Source: Gracilinanus agilis
Lineage: Eukaryota
DNA length: 64,000 nt
Assembly (NCBI RefSeq): GCF_016433145.1
Contig: NC_058134.1
Span: 289,023,411-289,087,410 of the forward strand
Direction: 5' to 3'
The notes below the pieces were generated by a model. The model worked only from the letters and a program-made list of their open reading frames with translations, was not told where the DNA came from and searched no databases. Positions 47,001 to 59,612 of this stretch are shown one piece after another. Within the stretch, counting starts at the first letter, position 1. Every line of letters begins with the position of its first letter. A program made the translations under genes and the position numbers.

Positions 47001-50000
47001 TTGAACTTTCTACAAGGCTAAAGTGATGAGGGAGTCCCTTCCAGACTTGGGGTAGCATCCATGTTTTCTCATTTGAAAAATGGGGAGATTGGAGTAGATG
47101 ATTCCTAAGTCCCTTCCACTTCTAACATCTAGTCTATATGAATACTTGTAGCTCTAGGATGCCTACAGTAGCTCAAAGGACCTAGGAAGGACCCCTAATC
47201 CAAACTTCTCCCCTGGGTGCCCTCTAACCCATGAGAAGGGTTCAGGCTACCTCTGAAGCCTTCCTCTATAAGTATAAAGATGCACTGGAAGGTCAGAACT
47301 GGAGATGTTTGAAGATTCCCTTGGAGATTATGTCACATTCCATTTTCTAAATCAGACTGCACTTGTTATATAATAGTATGTATTATCCAAGTTGGTGTCT
47401 TCATTCCTACTAGACCATAAGCTCCATGATGTGCCTGATCTAAAGTGTATCTTCCTTAAACAAATAAATAAATAAACAAACAACAAATAAATAAATGAAT
47501 GAATGAATAAATAAATAAATGAATGAATGAATGAATGAAGTGTATCTTCCTCAGCTCCTAGCACAAAGCTACACCTGCTAGACATAGTTCTCCAGGCTTT
47601 CCCTTCTCCTAACAGAACCTCTGGCTATTTGGTTGGTAGGTGCGCTTTCTAGAGCAGCAGAACAAGCTTTTGGAGACCAAATGGAACTTTCTACAGCAGC
47701 AGAAATGTTGCAAGGCCAACATTGAACCCATATTTGACACCTACATCAACACCCTTCAGAAGCAGCTGGACTGCGTGGCAGGGGACCGAGTGAGGCTGGA
47801 GACAGAGCTCAATGGTTTGCAGAATGTGCTGGAGGGCTACAAGAGAAAGTAAGTCTACTCTCCTCCCTCACTCCAGGCAAGGAAAAAGTAGATGCCAGGA
47901 AATTGTGCAAAAAAGATGGAAGAGGTGGCATATTTATGGCCAACCAGATTCCTTAAGCTATCTAGTCTACCCTGAACAACCCTTGTGTGAGGGGATGACC
48001 CTTGTCTGGGTAAGGTGTGGCAGGGCAGGTAAGAGAAAATATGATTCCTATGTTGTGAGAATTATAAAAATCATAAAAATAACAGGTATGGCTTATATAG
48101 CATTTTAGGGTTTGTGAAACATCATAACAATATTATCTCATTTGATCCACACAATAACAGTATGAGACTATTATGATACCCATTTTGCAGTTCAAGAAAG
48201 ATGAGTTGACTTACCTAGTTAAGTATCTGGTGCAGGATTCAAACTCAGATCTTCCATTGTGCAATTCCAAGTCTAATACTCTATCCATTGTTCCACCTAG
48301 CTGATGAAAGTGAAAGGACATATACTCAGGGATTAAATATGGAAACAGAGAAATATGAGCAAAAGAAGTATAAGAAACTCAGTGGGTAAGCTGAGTACTT
48401 AGTAAGTACACAGAGAGTAATGATGTCAAGTAGAATTAGTCGAAGAAGGGTTCCTGAAAATAGAGAGGCTGGTACAGACTTCAGAAGGAGAGGGAGAAGA
48501 GGTGGCAAAGTGGAAAGAAGCCAGGTAGGAACACACTATATAATATATACCAGAGGTAGGATGACTACAAGACAGCAGAAATCTTGAGAGGGATGTCCTT
48601 ATAGGAGAACCACAAGAAATTATATTCATTTGGTGAGGGGAAAGTGGTAGCAAGAACATTAACTTGAGCAAAGAGGTTGGACGTGGATATAATGGACAAG
48701 AGAGAGAATCACAAAAGATGCTTGGGCAGGAGGCAGTGTTTGAGGAAGCCATTTATGGGTTCTGTTGGAGAGAGATAAGAAATTATTTTAAGGATTTACT
48801 AACTGGTTCACTGGCTAGAGAACTAGGCTTGGGAGGTCTTGGGTTCAAATCTAGTCTCAGACACTCCCTAGCTGTGTGACCCTGTTTGCCTAGCCTTCTT
48901 CTGCCTGGGAACCAACACTCAGTATTGCTTCTAAGACAAAAGGTAAAAGTTTAAAAATAGAAGTTATTTTAATCTCCAGAACCATGTGGAAGTCAAATTC
49001 AATCATTCTGTCCCAGTATTAAATTGTGCTCATATTGGGTGAGGTTAAATAAGTCTCAAATTTCCTTCTGGAGCATTTACAGATGAGGACGCAGGCTCCA
49101 AGAGGTTAAGGGATTTTCCTAGGGTCACATTAGTCAGAAGACTCCAATGTGACCCTAGGAAAATCCCTTAACCTCTTGGAGCCTGCGTCCTCATCTGTAA
49201 AATGGGGGCAATGCTAACTACCAACTGGGTTGTTGTGATGCAGATGCTTCCTAAGCTGTAATCTTTGACTTAAATGTAAGCAATGGTGAAACTTGTTATT
49301 ACATGGGTTCAATGAATTGGGTAATGGACACCCCTCTACTATCTTCTATGTTTAGAGGGAGGATGACATTTGGCTCAGCTAGCAAGAATCAGGAATTATA
49401 TATTAGCGTTCAACACAGGGTCACATTCATCAGACAACAGCTCCCTCTTCAACAGCTACCATTCAATTCTTCCCCAGTTGCAAGTAGAAAGAAGAGAATA
49501 AAATGGACTTCTTCAGACCAGTTCTTAGGATGAGAGTTCATACGAGGAAGAACTTTCAAAAGAGTAAGAGGGACACTAAAGGAAGTGTGGCTGCTGGGTT
49601 CATTGAGAAGTAAATCCTGAACCAAGCATTGAAGTAAACTAAGGATTTTAAGAAACAGAGGAAAGGTGATAAAGCATTCCAGACACGAGGGAAATTAAAT
49701 GCCCCTTAAAGTATTCAATTCAACAAATACTTATGAAATACATTTCATGTGCAAGGCTTTGGACTAAGAGATTATCTTTATTAAATGCCTTCATTGGTTT
49801 CTAGGTGGATTTCTAGAAATCTATCTGCCCAGAACTAAAAGATCTTGTACTAGGAGGGGTAGGGTAGAAGGAAAGGAGGGAACACTGGATTTGGGGTTGA
49901 AGGAGCTGGTGTTTGAATCTTAGCTTTGGTACTATCTCTGTGATCTTGAACAAATCACATCATCTCTCTACATCTCAGTTTCTTCATCTGTTAAAAAATA

Positions 50001-53000
50001 AAAGGAGGCAGAATTAAATAATCACTAAGAATTTTTCCCATTCTAAATCCCATAATCGGAAGAAGTCTCCTCCAAATGAAACAAACCAGGAGAAAGCAAT
50101 TTTCTCTCCTTGCCTTTCAGATACGAGGAAGAACTATCCCTGCGACCCTGTGCTGAGAATGAATTTGTGGCTTTAAAAAAGGTGAGGGAAGGCAGGGCAT
50201 AGAAACTTTCCTAGAACCATCTGGGTAGGTTCCCCAAAACACCAGGACTCTGGACAGTACTCAGTAATACTATCATTACTCTTCCCCTTGTCTGTCGCCC
50301 AAAAGGAAAGGCAGATGGTTAACAAATGCCTCTTGCCTTCTGTCACATCATATGATGAGGGAGGGGTTGGCTAGTATTTGTCCACATAATTCCTTTAAAT
50401 TCAAAATTATTTATTAGGCAGCTGCCGTATTAGCACGATGTGTATAGATGAAGGGGGAGATACAATGAAGAGGCTCATGGTTTGACAAATAATAAAAAGA
50501 ACTTTACTAAAGTACTCAGGTCTTCCCATGTTGAGAAATCCCCTCAATTCATTAAGGCTAACAACTGAGTTAATACTAGAACAAATTTAAAAGACTCCCT
50601 CTGACACCCAAAATCAACTTTGTCTAAGATGCTCAGATAATTGAAGGTTGGCATATATACACAAAGAATGCCCTAATAATTTTTCAACTATGCAGAGACA
50701 CTTCAAGCAAGGAAGTTCCAATTAGGTCAGGATAATCAAAGCTTTGGGGAACTATAATATAGGTATTCCCTAAAACCAAACCAAACCCACCTAAAATCCT
50801 CTCCTTCCAAAGCTTTTCCTAGTAAATGCATCCTTACTCTCCTCCCTAATGACAAGTTGTGATATATGGATGATCCCTCTTCCTTTGTTTATAGCATCCT
50901 TTAATTCCTCCATCTATTGGAAAAAAGAACCATAGGACCCTTTCTTCCCTCTGCTAAACAGTCTGAAAAATCTGCCCTAATTAGTGACTCGCCTGTTGCT
51001 GAGGGAGGATTTGGAGACTCTCAGCAATACCTGTGAGATCCCTAGCTATAGGATTTCATATGTCTTATCTTTTTTCAGGATGTAGACACAGCCTTTCTGA
51101 TGAAAGCTGACCTGGAGACCAATGTTGAAGCTCTGGTTCAGGAGGTCAACTTCCTGAGAAACTTGTATGAGGAGGTAAATGAACCCATGCTATGGTAATA
51201 TATGGACTGGGTGTGATTTTGGCTTCCATCCNNNNNNNNNNNNNNNNNNNNNNNNNNNNNNNNNNNNNNNNNNNNNNNNNNNNNNNNNNNNNNNNNNNNN
51301 NNNNNNNNNNNNNNNNNNNNNNNNNNNNNNNNNNNNNNNNNNNNNNNNNNNNNNNNNNNNNNNNNNNNNNNNNNNNNNNNNNNNNNNNNNNNNNNNNNNN
51401 NNNNNNNNNNNNNNNNNGCTCAACTTGTGTGGGAAAAGTCATGTCTTTATTTTCACTAGCTTTTGGTTTCCTTTGTAATTATATTTATTTTATTTTATGC
51501 ATTGAAAATATGATTTTGAGAATGGATCCTTAAATGTCATCAGATTGCCAAAGAGGTCTATGATACAAAAAATGGCTAAGAACCCCTCCTGTAGCCATTG
51601 AGGACATTTCCATGCAAAGAGTTCTAAAGCTGTTATCTCAATGATATCAGGACCAATGGATATTGGGCAGCAAGCCTCCTAGAAAAAGAATCTTCTTGAA
51701 TTCTCTCAGCTTCGATATTGGTTTTAACCAGAGGACAGGGGTTCTCTGAGTATCTGGTCTTGTGTTTTCTGCTCTTTAAATGTAAGCAGTGATGATGCTT
51801 ATTTGTGAAGAAGGGAGGAGGTGAATCAATGAAAAAATATTTGAAAAGGCAACAAAAATATAATCATTTGGTAATTAACTCATTTTGGAAAATATTATTT
51901 CTGGTATTGTCCAAAGTTGGTTCTCTTCCTTTACCCCAGCTCCTTGCCATTAAGATCTCATTGACTTTCCAATTCTGTTCCCCATTTGTTCAGGAGATCT
52001 GCTTGCTCCAGTCTCAGATCTCTGAGACATCAGTCATTGTGAAGATGGACAACAGCCGGGCTTTGGATGTGGAAGGCATCATTGCTGAGATTAAGGCTCA
52101 ATATGATGACATTGCCAGCCGGAGCAAGGCTGAGGCTGAAGCCTGGTACCAATGCCGGGTAAGGAAAACCAGGAGTTCCTTTGGCTTCTGTGAGAGTAAG
52201 GATGCAGGGAAGAGGGTGTCTCCCCTAAAAAACTGCAGATGGCTAACTGATGAAGTGCCAAAGCCCCTGGAAAGTGACAGGGTGCTCAGTAAATTAAATT
52301 CCAGATAGTGTTGTTTTTGGTTGCTAGGAGACTGAGTCCCAGCTAGGGGATGTGGGAGGGAGATTGTTCCAACAGACCAGACCCATCATCAAGGAGCAGA
52401 GGGTGCCCAAGCTTTATTTACCCTAAGACTCATTGGACGTTCCCAGTCCAGGCCCAGCTTTTAAGTTGCCCTCAATAAATACCACTTGGCAATGATATGA
52501 TGCTAAAGGGCTACTTACTGGGCGTGAGAGAGACTGGAAGAATGGAATAGTTACTAATGGCCAAGCAGAAATAATGATTAATGTGGTTACTAATTTGTGC
52601 AATCAGGCAATTAGATGTCAAGAGGGTAGGAGGTGAGATAAACATTTGCACAGTGACCTATAGGATATTGGAGGTGGAGGTCTAGACATTAAGAAATGTT
52701 TTAAAAGTCATCTCAATTATCTGTTCTATGGTTCATAATAGCCTAAGTTTCATCTCAGCTTGACTCTTCCCTATTCCCTTGGGCTGCCCTTTGCCCAGGT
52801 ATACTCAAGGGATACAAACTCATTTCTGTGTTCATACCCTTCTCAGCTAAACAAAATTAAAAGGTAAATCTCCCAGAAAAGGAACAACAACAATAACAAG
52901 AGTGAGTTCCAGAACCATAGAGAAATGGGCTTTAGAATTATTTGGTATGAGGAGCCAAACATTCAAATCAGTTAATGTCAACTGAGAAAACTTCTTCCTA

Positions 53001-56000
53001 CCAAAGTCATGATTCAGAACTTAGATCCAGAAAACAAAGACATTTTTAATTGGCAATTAGCTAAAGTAATTCTTTCTTTAAATCTCTTTGGTTTGAGTTT
53101 CTTTCTACGAAAGATTAAAATGAAAAAAATGTAAAATTGATATCAGATTGCTTACCATCTCACCACCAAAGAGGAGCAAAGGAGAGAAGTCAAGACTCAA
53201 AATTCTTTAAAAATGCTGGAAACTATTTTTGCATGTAATTGGAGAAAATTAAATTAATTTTTTAAAAATTAAAGCGAAAGCTGTTGAGTTTTTTTTTTGA
53301 ATGACAGAATCTGAACAGAGCCAGTCTAATTCTGGAAACTAGTCTTCAGTTCAGTTGGTCATATTGGAATCTGAGCATACTGACTGTGAAGTCTTATCCT
53401 GTGTGCTTGCTTCCCACCTTCCTCCAAGGAAGGAGAATGAGGGTGGTGGTAGTCAGCAAGAAAAGATTCTCTTGGCAAGCTTTCAGTCTGATGGACCTAG
53501 ATTGATAGAGACAGGACCCAGATGGAGTCAAGGGCAGGGTAGAGATAAATGTACAGAACTCTGGATGTTAGTATTCAAGTTAAAAGAGGAATAGGACAGA
53601 AGAGAACCAGGGGGCTATGGATTAAGATTTAGAAGAAAGGAAGGATAACATTGGGGCTAAAGACAAAGGAGGGAATGCAAAATGCTAGCTACTCTGGTGA
53701 GCATTCTGTGACAGTGCTCTGAGTTGAAGTGTGGACAGAAAACAGGTTTTTCATGAAAGGAGTATGGAATCTGAGTTGGGGCAATCACTGGATATCTATC
53801 TAATATCTATATATTTATCTATCCTATATCTACATGTATATGTAGATGTATAGATTTTCTTTCTTTCCTGTAGATATATAGATTTGCTATAGTTTTATAG
53901 ATTTGTTGTAACTCTATATATTATATGTAATTATATTGGCTATCTAATATCTATAGCAAGTGCTTAGATAGGAGCTGGATAAGGAAGGAAGAGTACTGGA
54001 ATTAATCCAATTTGGGACTTCTGTACTCTGGCAGTATGAAGAGCTAAGATTGACAGCTGGAAACCACTGTGAAAGCCTGCGGAACAGCAAGAATGAGATC
54101 CTGGAAATGAATCGACTAATCCAAAGACTACAGCAAGAAATCGAGAATGCTAAAGCCCAGGTGAGGCTCTGGGGAGATACCAGGAACTCTGGCTCTAACC
54201 TGTTCACTGAAGGTAAGAGCATGCTGGCAAATATTTAACCAGCTCTCCATGGAAAAACAAGGATAGGTTAACATTAAACTTAATCTCTATTATAAACATT
54301 TTCTTAAAACTAGACAGCAAAATAATAAATCAAGCCCCAATTTATGGCATTTGCTGATTTCCAAGCCATAAACACTCACGTCGCAATGGAAATTTAACAA
54401 TTAGCTCTTTCTAGCTGCCTGGAGCTAGTTTCAACACACCCTGGCAGTAGCTCTGTTCTGAATTACTAGCCCATATTCTGGCTCATTTATTCATTTAGGA
54501 CCATTCTTGAAGGGCTGTCACATAGAAGAGTGGGTTGTTTCAGAAGGTGGAATTAGAACCAAGGAGTAAATTTTTCAAGAAGGTAGATTTTTAGATCAAT
54601 CTAAAAAAGAAGTGCCAAACCAGAGCTGCCCAAGAATGGAATATGCTGTCATGGAAATGTGTTCCCCATTACCAGAACTCTTCAAGCAGAGTATGGAAGT
54701 TTATCAGTTAAGGTTGCTATAAAGGGGATTCTCACATTAAATGGGAGGATGGAATAGATGGCCTCTGGTTTCCTTTCAACTCTAAGAGTCTTTGATCTTA
54801 TGATTATAGGTCTGGTAGGGGTTTTTCAACAAGTTGTGAAATCAACTTAACTCTCTTACAATCCAGTGAAGACCAGCCATTAGACATGCATCAATTTGCT
54901 CCAAAGCAGTATCCTACTTCTTAAAAAGGAAATCTGTTCTTGGAATAGATTATTCCTCAAAGAAACCAAATATAGTCGCCATTTTCTGTCTATGGTCTAG
55001 GAAACCCAGTTCATTCTTTCTTTCCTTTAAAAAAAAAGTCTTACCCTTCATCTTAGAATCAATACTGTATATTGGTTCCAAGGCAGTAGAGCAGGGCTAG
55101 GCAATGTGGATTAAGTGACTTGCCAGGTGTCACACAGCTAGGAAGTGTCTGAGGCCAGATTTGAATCCAGGACTTCCCATCTCTAGGCCTGGCTCTCAAT
55201 CCACTGAGCCACCTAGTTGCTCCCTCCTACACTAGTTCATTCTTATTAGTGATGCTGGTGACCCCCAACAATGCTACTCTGTGTCTTACTTTAGCGCTGC
55301 AAACTCGAAAATGCCATAGCTGAGGCTGAGCAGCAGGGAGAGTCTGCCCTCAATGATGCCAAGTGCAAGCTGGCAGGGCTGGAGGAAGCCTTGCAGAAGG
55401 CCAAGCAGGACATGGCATGTCTGCTGAAGGAGTACCAACAGGTGATGAACTCCAAGTTGGGGCTGGACATTGAGATTGCTACCTACAGGAGGCTGCTAGA
55501 GGGAGAGGAACATAGGTGAGCAGAATGATTAGCAGTTAAAAGACCATCAATCAGTTCAAGACCAACCTTGTGGATTTTCCAGGGTTTTCGTTTTTGGTTC
55601 TCTTTTCTATTGTCCTTCTATTTTAGCCATTTCCATAAGAAGTTAACTTTGGATTACGTATTCTAGCCAAGGGTAACAGAGGCAAAGAAAACCTTACAAA
55701 GGAGGTTATTCCAAAACAATTTCTTTGGTTCCTTCTAGTCTGGGGTGGGGTGGGGGGACACAAAAATACAGGATCATAATGTTTTTATCTTCTTCATCCT
55801 CTTTCATTGTGATACTCCAATGTCTCTTCATCCTTCCTTTTCTCCATTATTCCTAGGTTATGTGAAGGTGTAGGACCTGTGAATATATGTAAGTAAACAA
55901 GTGTCCCAGGTAGTTATGGGATCTTGTGAATTTGGGATGTTAGCTATTGTCCAGGAAGTCTTGGTCCATTTCTGGTATTTGTCCATCAAAGAAGTCAGCC

Positions 56001-56785
56001 CCATGTTCTAGTGCCTCCTGGGGATGGAGTCTTTTTCTGAGTCCAAGGGAGGGAATACTGAGGAAGAAGAAAACATTGTCCCTGACTTCAGGAATTATCT
56101 ATTCTGGCAAAAGAGATAAGAGGCAGACAGCACTGGGCAGAGGCTTAAAGAAGGTTAGGACTAGGAGCCCATTTGTCAGAACTCTGGACTTTGATCCTGA
56201 AGGAATAGGAAGAGATTAAGAAAAGCAGAGCCAGTGGGTCTATTCTGTAGGAAAGGAATGTGAAGGAAGGTTTGGAAGGGGAAAAGAGTCAGGGCTAGAG
56301 AGAGATGGAAGGACATTGTTCCAAGTTGGGGAAGTGATCTTTTTCAAAGCCTGAGAGGTAGAAAGAGGTCTGTGTGACAAATAGGAGCAGATTTACTTGA
56401 CTAGAGCACCAGGTAACATTACAGAATGGAGACTGTGGATGAACAGGATTTGCAGTTCTAACTGAAGTGTTTGATTTGACATGGGAGTTCACTAGAACTA
56501 TGCCCTGGATAAATATTTTCCATCCTTCCTCTCTTTTTCTTTCTCACAGCTGTCAGCAGTTCTAAAGGTGCCATCTTGTATGAACCCTGCATGGTGAGCA
56601 CACCCATGCTAAGTGGCATTCGGAGCAGTGGGGGCTGCAGCTCAGGCACTGTGGGGAGCAGCATTGTGGTGGGCACTGGTGACCTCTATGTTCCCTGTGC
56701 GCCTCAGGGTGGGTTCAGTTGTGGGAGCGGGCGGGGCTCAAGCATCAAGCTTGTGTCTAGTGGCTCAACTGGCCACAAATGCTAA
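42972..56785 (+). CDS. KRT82: Keratin, type II cuticular Hb2 (K82); 9 exons, 1551 nt CDS, 516 aa
   Basis: join(42972-43376,47640-47848,50121-50181,51079-51174,51994-52158,54035-54160,55295-55515,55857-55888,56550-56785). 26 Cys. Diagnostic segments [58 protein letters not shown] match human K82 as I recall it. Confidence 0.94.
43809..43971 (+). mobile_element. Young opossum SINE (SINE1_Mdo-like) with a short internal deletion and (AT)n tail
   Basis: Near-identical to the 26086 and 63047 copies but lacks the TGGGCAAGTCACTT segment between two TGACCC repeats. Confidence 0.9.
45857..46340 (+). repeat. Degenerate (TCTA/TCTG/CCTA)n low-complexity tract
   Basis: About 480 nt of ATCT-type tetranucleotide variants in KRT82 intron 1. 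Confidence 0.9.
47461..47538 (+). repeat. (AAAT/GAAT)n tetranucleotide tract
   Basis: Direct read. Confidence 0.85.
47640..47848 (+). CDS. KRT82: KRT82 exon 2 (209 nt)
   Basis: GGTAG|GTG; [27 protein letters not shown]...EGYKR; AA|GTAAGT. Confidence 0.93.
49076..49201. repeat. Perfect inverted repeat, 56-bp arms with 14-nt spacer, MIR-derived
   Basis: 49076-49131 is the exact reverse complement of 49146-49201 (checked base by base). Confidence 0.97.
50121..50181 (+). CDS. KRT82: KRT82 exon 3 (61 nt)
   Basis: TTCAG|A; [20 protein letters not shown]; |GTGAGG. Confidence 0.93.
51079..51174 (+). CDS. KRT82: KRT82 exon 4 (96 nt)
   Basis: TTCAG|GAT; [32 protein letters not shown]; |GTAAAT. Confidence 0.93.
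51232..51417. other. Assembly gap (186 N) in KRT82 intron 4
   Basis: Direct read. Confidence 0.99.
51994..52158 (+). CDS. KRT82: KRT82 exon 5 (165 nt)
   Basis: TTCAG|GAG; [13 protein letters not shown]...EAWYQCR; |GTAAGG. Confidence 0.93.
54035..54160 (+). CDS. KRT82: KRT82 exon 6 (126 nt)
   Basis: GGCAG|TAT; [22 protein letters not shown]...NAKAQ; |GTGAGG. Confidence 0.93.
55295..55515 (+). CDS. KRT82: KRT82 exon 7 (221 nt)
   Basis: TTTAG|CGC; [16 protein letters not shown]...[15 protein letters not shown]; AG|GTGAGC. Confidence 0.93.
55857..55888 (+). CDS. KRT82: KRT82 exon 8 (32 nt)
   Basis: CCTAG|G; [10 protein letters not shown]; T|GTAAGT. Confidence 0.92.
56550..56785 (+). CDS. KRT82: KRT82 exon 9 coding part (TAA stop)
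   Basis: CACAG|CT; [14 protein letters not shown]...GSTGHKC*. Confidence 0.92.
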
Positions 56786-56890
56786 CATCCTCTGACCTGG
56801 TTAGGGAATATCCTGGGACCTCTCAGTCCTGGATTCCGAATCAGCTTCCAGCATAATTACAAGCTCCAAACTTTCTGCACCGACTCTGTG

Positions 56891-57800
56891 TTTTTTTTTA
56901 AATGTTTCTTTTGTTTTTCAATTGACAACTGTTTATTTTCTCTTTCTCCCCTCCCCTCACTACCACAAAAATGTAAAAACAAAAACAACCCCCCCTACCA
57001 AACATGCATAGTCAAACAAAACCAATTTCAACACTGCCTATGTTCAAAAATGGAGGTTTTGTTCTACCTCTTCAGTGCATCTCCTCTCAATCAAGAGGCG
57101 GGCAGTATGCTCCAGCATTGGTTTTCTGGAGTCATACTTAGTCATTTCTTTCATCAGAATTCTTTAGTCTTTCAAAGTCATTTTTCTTTACAATGTAATT
57201 GTTTTCATTCAATCGTTTAGTCCAGTGATGGGCAAACTTTATAAAGAGGGGGCCAAAGGAAAGGAAATGCTCAACTGTCAGTCTGTTTCTAAGGCAACTC
57301 TTTCGAAGTTTCATTGTATTGTATCCTACTCATTGTATTCGTCAGATCAGGAATAATGTCCTGTCGCTGGATAGAACATTTCAGGGGGCTACATCTGGCC
57401 CACGGCCCTAGTTTGCCCATCACTGGTTTAGTCCCATTTAACTATTGGTGACTCTCATTTAGGTGTTTCTTGGCAGGGATACTGAAGTAATTTGCCATTT
57501 CCTTCTCCAGCCCATTTTTATAGATGAGGAAACTGAGGCAAACAGGGTTAAATGACTTTCCAAGAGTCATACAGCTAGTGTTTGGGGCCAGATTTGAATT
57601 CAGGAAGATAAGTCTTCTTGACTCCAGGCCAGGTACTTTATCCACTTTGCCACCCGTGATTGCTGTTTTATAAATAATTCTTCTGATTCCACTTCCCTCG
57701 TTCTGTTAGTTGATAGGAATACTCCCAAGTTTCTCTGAAATGAACCTTTTCATAACATTTTTGGTGGTACAATAGTGTGTTTTCATTTAAAATTACTCTT
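56891..57800 (-). mobile_element. Old L1 3' fragment interrupted by a Mar1-type SINE (about 57206-57655) and a hAT MITE
   Basis: T-run start and L1 3'UTR-like motifs (CATGCATAGTCAAACAAAAC; TTCTGATTCCACTTCCCTC...CTCCCAAGTTTCTCTGAA) on both sides of a Mar1 element. Confidence 0.65.
57223..57425 (+). mobile_element. hAT (Charlie-type) MITE, copy B, 203 bp
   Basis: Perfect 16-bp TIRs CAGTGATGGGCAAACT / AGTTTGCCCATCACTG; perfect 8-bp TSD GTTTAGTC (57215-57222 and 57426-57433). Confidence 0.95.
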
Positions 57801-57986
57801 CAGTTCTCCATGAAATGATGCACACATATTCATTGACCTGATATTGTTGTGTAAGTGGGGATAGCGGTAGAGGAGCGGGCTGACAAGATTCGAGAACATT
57901 AAGGCACAGACCTCCACCTCAAGGAGCTGATAATGTACCTAGGCAGCTGGCAAGGTAAACAAAGGATGTTCTAAAATAGCAGACAG

Positions 57987-58165
57987 GGGACAGCTGGGTA
58001 GCTCAGTGGATTGAGAGCCAGGCCTAGAGACGGGAGGTCCTAGGTTCAAATCTGGCCTCGGACACTTCCCAGCTGTGTGACCCTGGGCAAGTCACTTGAC
58101 CCCCATTGCCTACCCTTACCACTCTTCCACCTATAAGTCAATACACAGAAGTTAAGGGTTTAAAA
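57987..58165 (+). mobile_element. Opossum SINE (SINE1_Mdo-related subfamily) with 14-bp TSD
   Basis: A/B boxes; TSD AAAATAGCAGACAG at 57973-57986 and 58166-58179. Confidence 0.92.
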
Positions 58166-59232
58166 AAAATAGCAGACAGCTTTCCCCAATCTTTTCACAA
58201 AACAAGAGCATTACACAAAACACTGAATCATCAATTTTGCTCAGTTCTTTTTCTAGCCAAGTATTTATTCTCACCCCATCCTTCTGCAACCAGGTAGCTT
58301 CCCAATGACTTATCTCTTAACAAGCCCAGGGAAAGTAAGTTCATTTGAATAGTTACCTAAACAAAAAATAGGAATTGGGTTCAAGGGAGGCATCAGGCAA
58401 TGGGAAGGGCTTTGGAACTATTTTCTCCCTTCTGCTGGTTTAAACAACTGAAAGTTGACTCTATAGAACATATTTGGCTTTGCTGAAGTTTTATCTAACT
58501 CCTTTTATTATTCCCATGTCTGTAGTCTAATGGTAATGGGGACTGAGGCTGGCAGGAAAAGCTTGGAAAAGCCTGGCTAGCATCAAGCAAATGGTTACTA
58601 TGGGTGACTAATAGAATTAATAATCTGTAGTCAGAGAAACTACATCAGCCCCTCCAAGGAAATTACACTAAATCTTCTCTTCATCCTCCCTCCCTACTTC
58701 ATCTCTGCTCATTGTGTGCCTCTTTCCTGCCCGCTCTCCTCAGACACTCCTCCCCTGGTTCTTTAATATTTATGCTGCTTTATTGGACTCTCGTAGACTC
58801 ATTTAGAGCCCTAGAGGGTGCTCATGAGCAAGAGCTCTGCTTCCAGTAGTTACTTGCATAGCTAGTATCTCTGGAACCCAAGTTCCTCTACAAAGGTACT
58901 CAGACCCAAGACAGAGAAAAGTCACTAAAAAAATCAGAGAATATGAAGATCAGTATCATTCAGCCTGAGGGGAAGCTTTTTTTTGTGATGGATGAAGGAA
59001 TGTTTAAAATGGGTGAGGTGGTGGAGCAGCTAGGTGGCTTAGTGAATTGAGAGCCAGAACTGGAGATGGGAGATCATGGGTTCAAATCTGACATCAGATT
59101 TTACCTAACTGTGTAATCCTGGACAAGTCACCTAAACCCTTATTGCTCTTCTGCCCTAGAACCAATATACAATGTTTATGCTAAGATGGAAGGTAAGGGC
59201 TTAAAAAAATGTGTGAAGGACTCTAAGATTTG

Positions 59233-59238
59233 AATAAA
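59233..59238 (+). terminator. First canonical AATAAA downstream of the KRT82 stop
   Basis: Manual scan of 56786-59232 found no AATAAA; assignment to KRT82 is tentative. Confidence 0.35.
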
Positions 59239-59550
59239 CCCTCTAAAAAGTGATATGTAGAAGATGGGACACTGATTAGAGTCCTTTGGCCAGAAAGGGG
59301 ACAGAAAAGTTCAGGATCAGTTCTTCCTGATAAAAGTCCATTTATTTTCATCAAGAAAGACCTATGGGAAATATTTATAGATCTATGCATGACTTTTGTA
59401 ATATGTATAAATAACAACACTCCAGTTATTGCAATTCATGGACATGTGCCATATAAACTTCTACAGACTGATATTTTAACTACATTTATGAAGGCAAACA
59501 CCTAGTGAGTACTATGGCCATACCTGGGAGCTGTCCGGTCCCCAGGTTCT

Positions 59551-59552
<2 letters not shown>

Positions 59553-59610
<58 letters not shown>
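59553..59610 (+). repeat. (GT)29 microsatellite
   Basis: Direct read. Confidence 0.97.

Positions 59611-59612
<2 letters not shown>

Noticed and set aside
54215-54443. Possible ancient hAT-Tip100-like element
   Set aside because: Ends are only loosely inverted and no TSD is visible; family recollection too uncertain.
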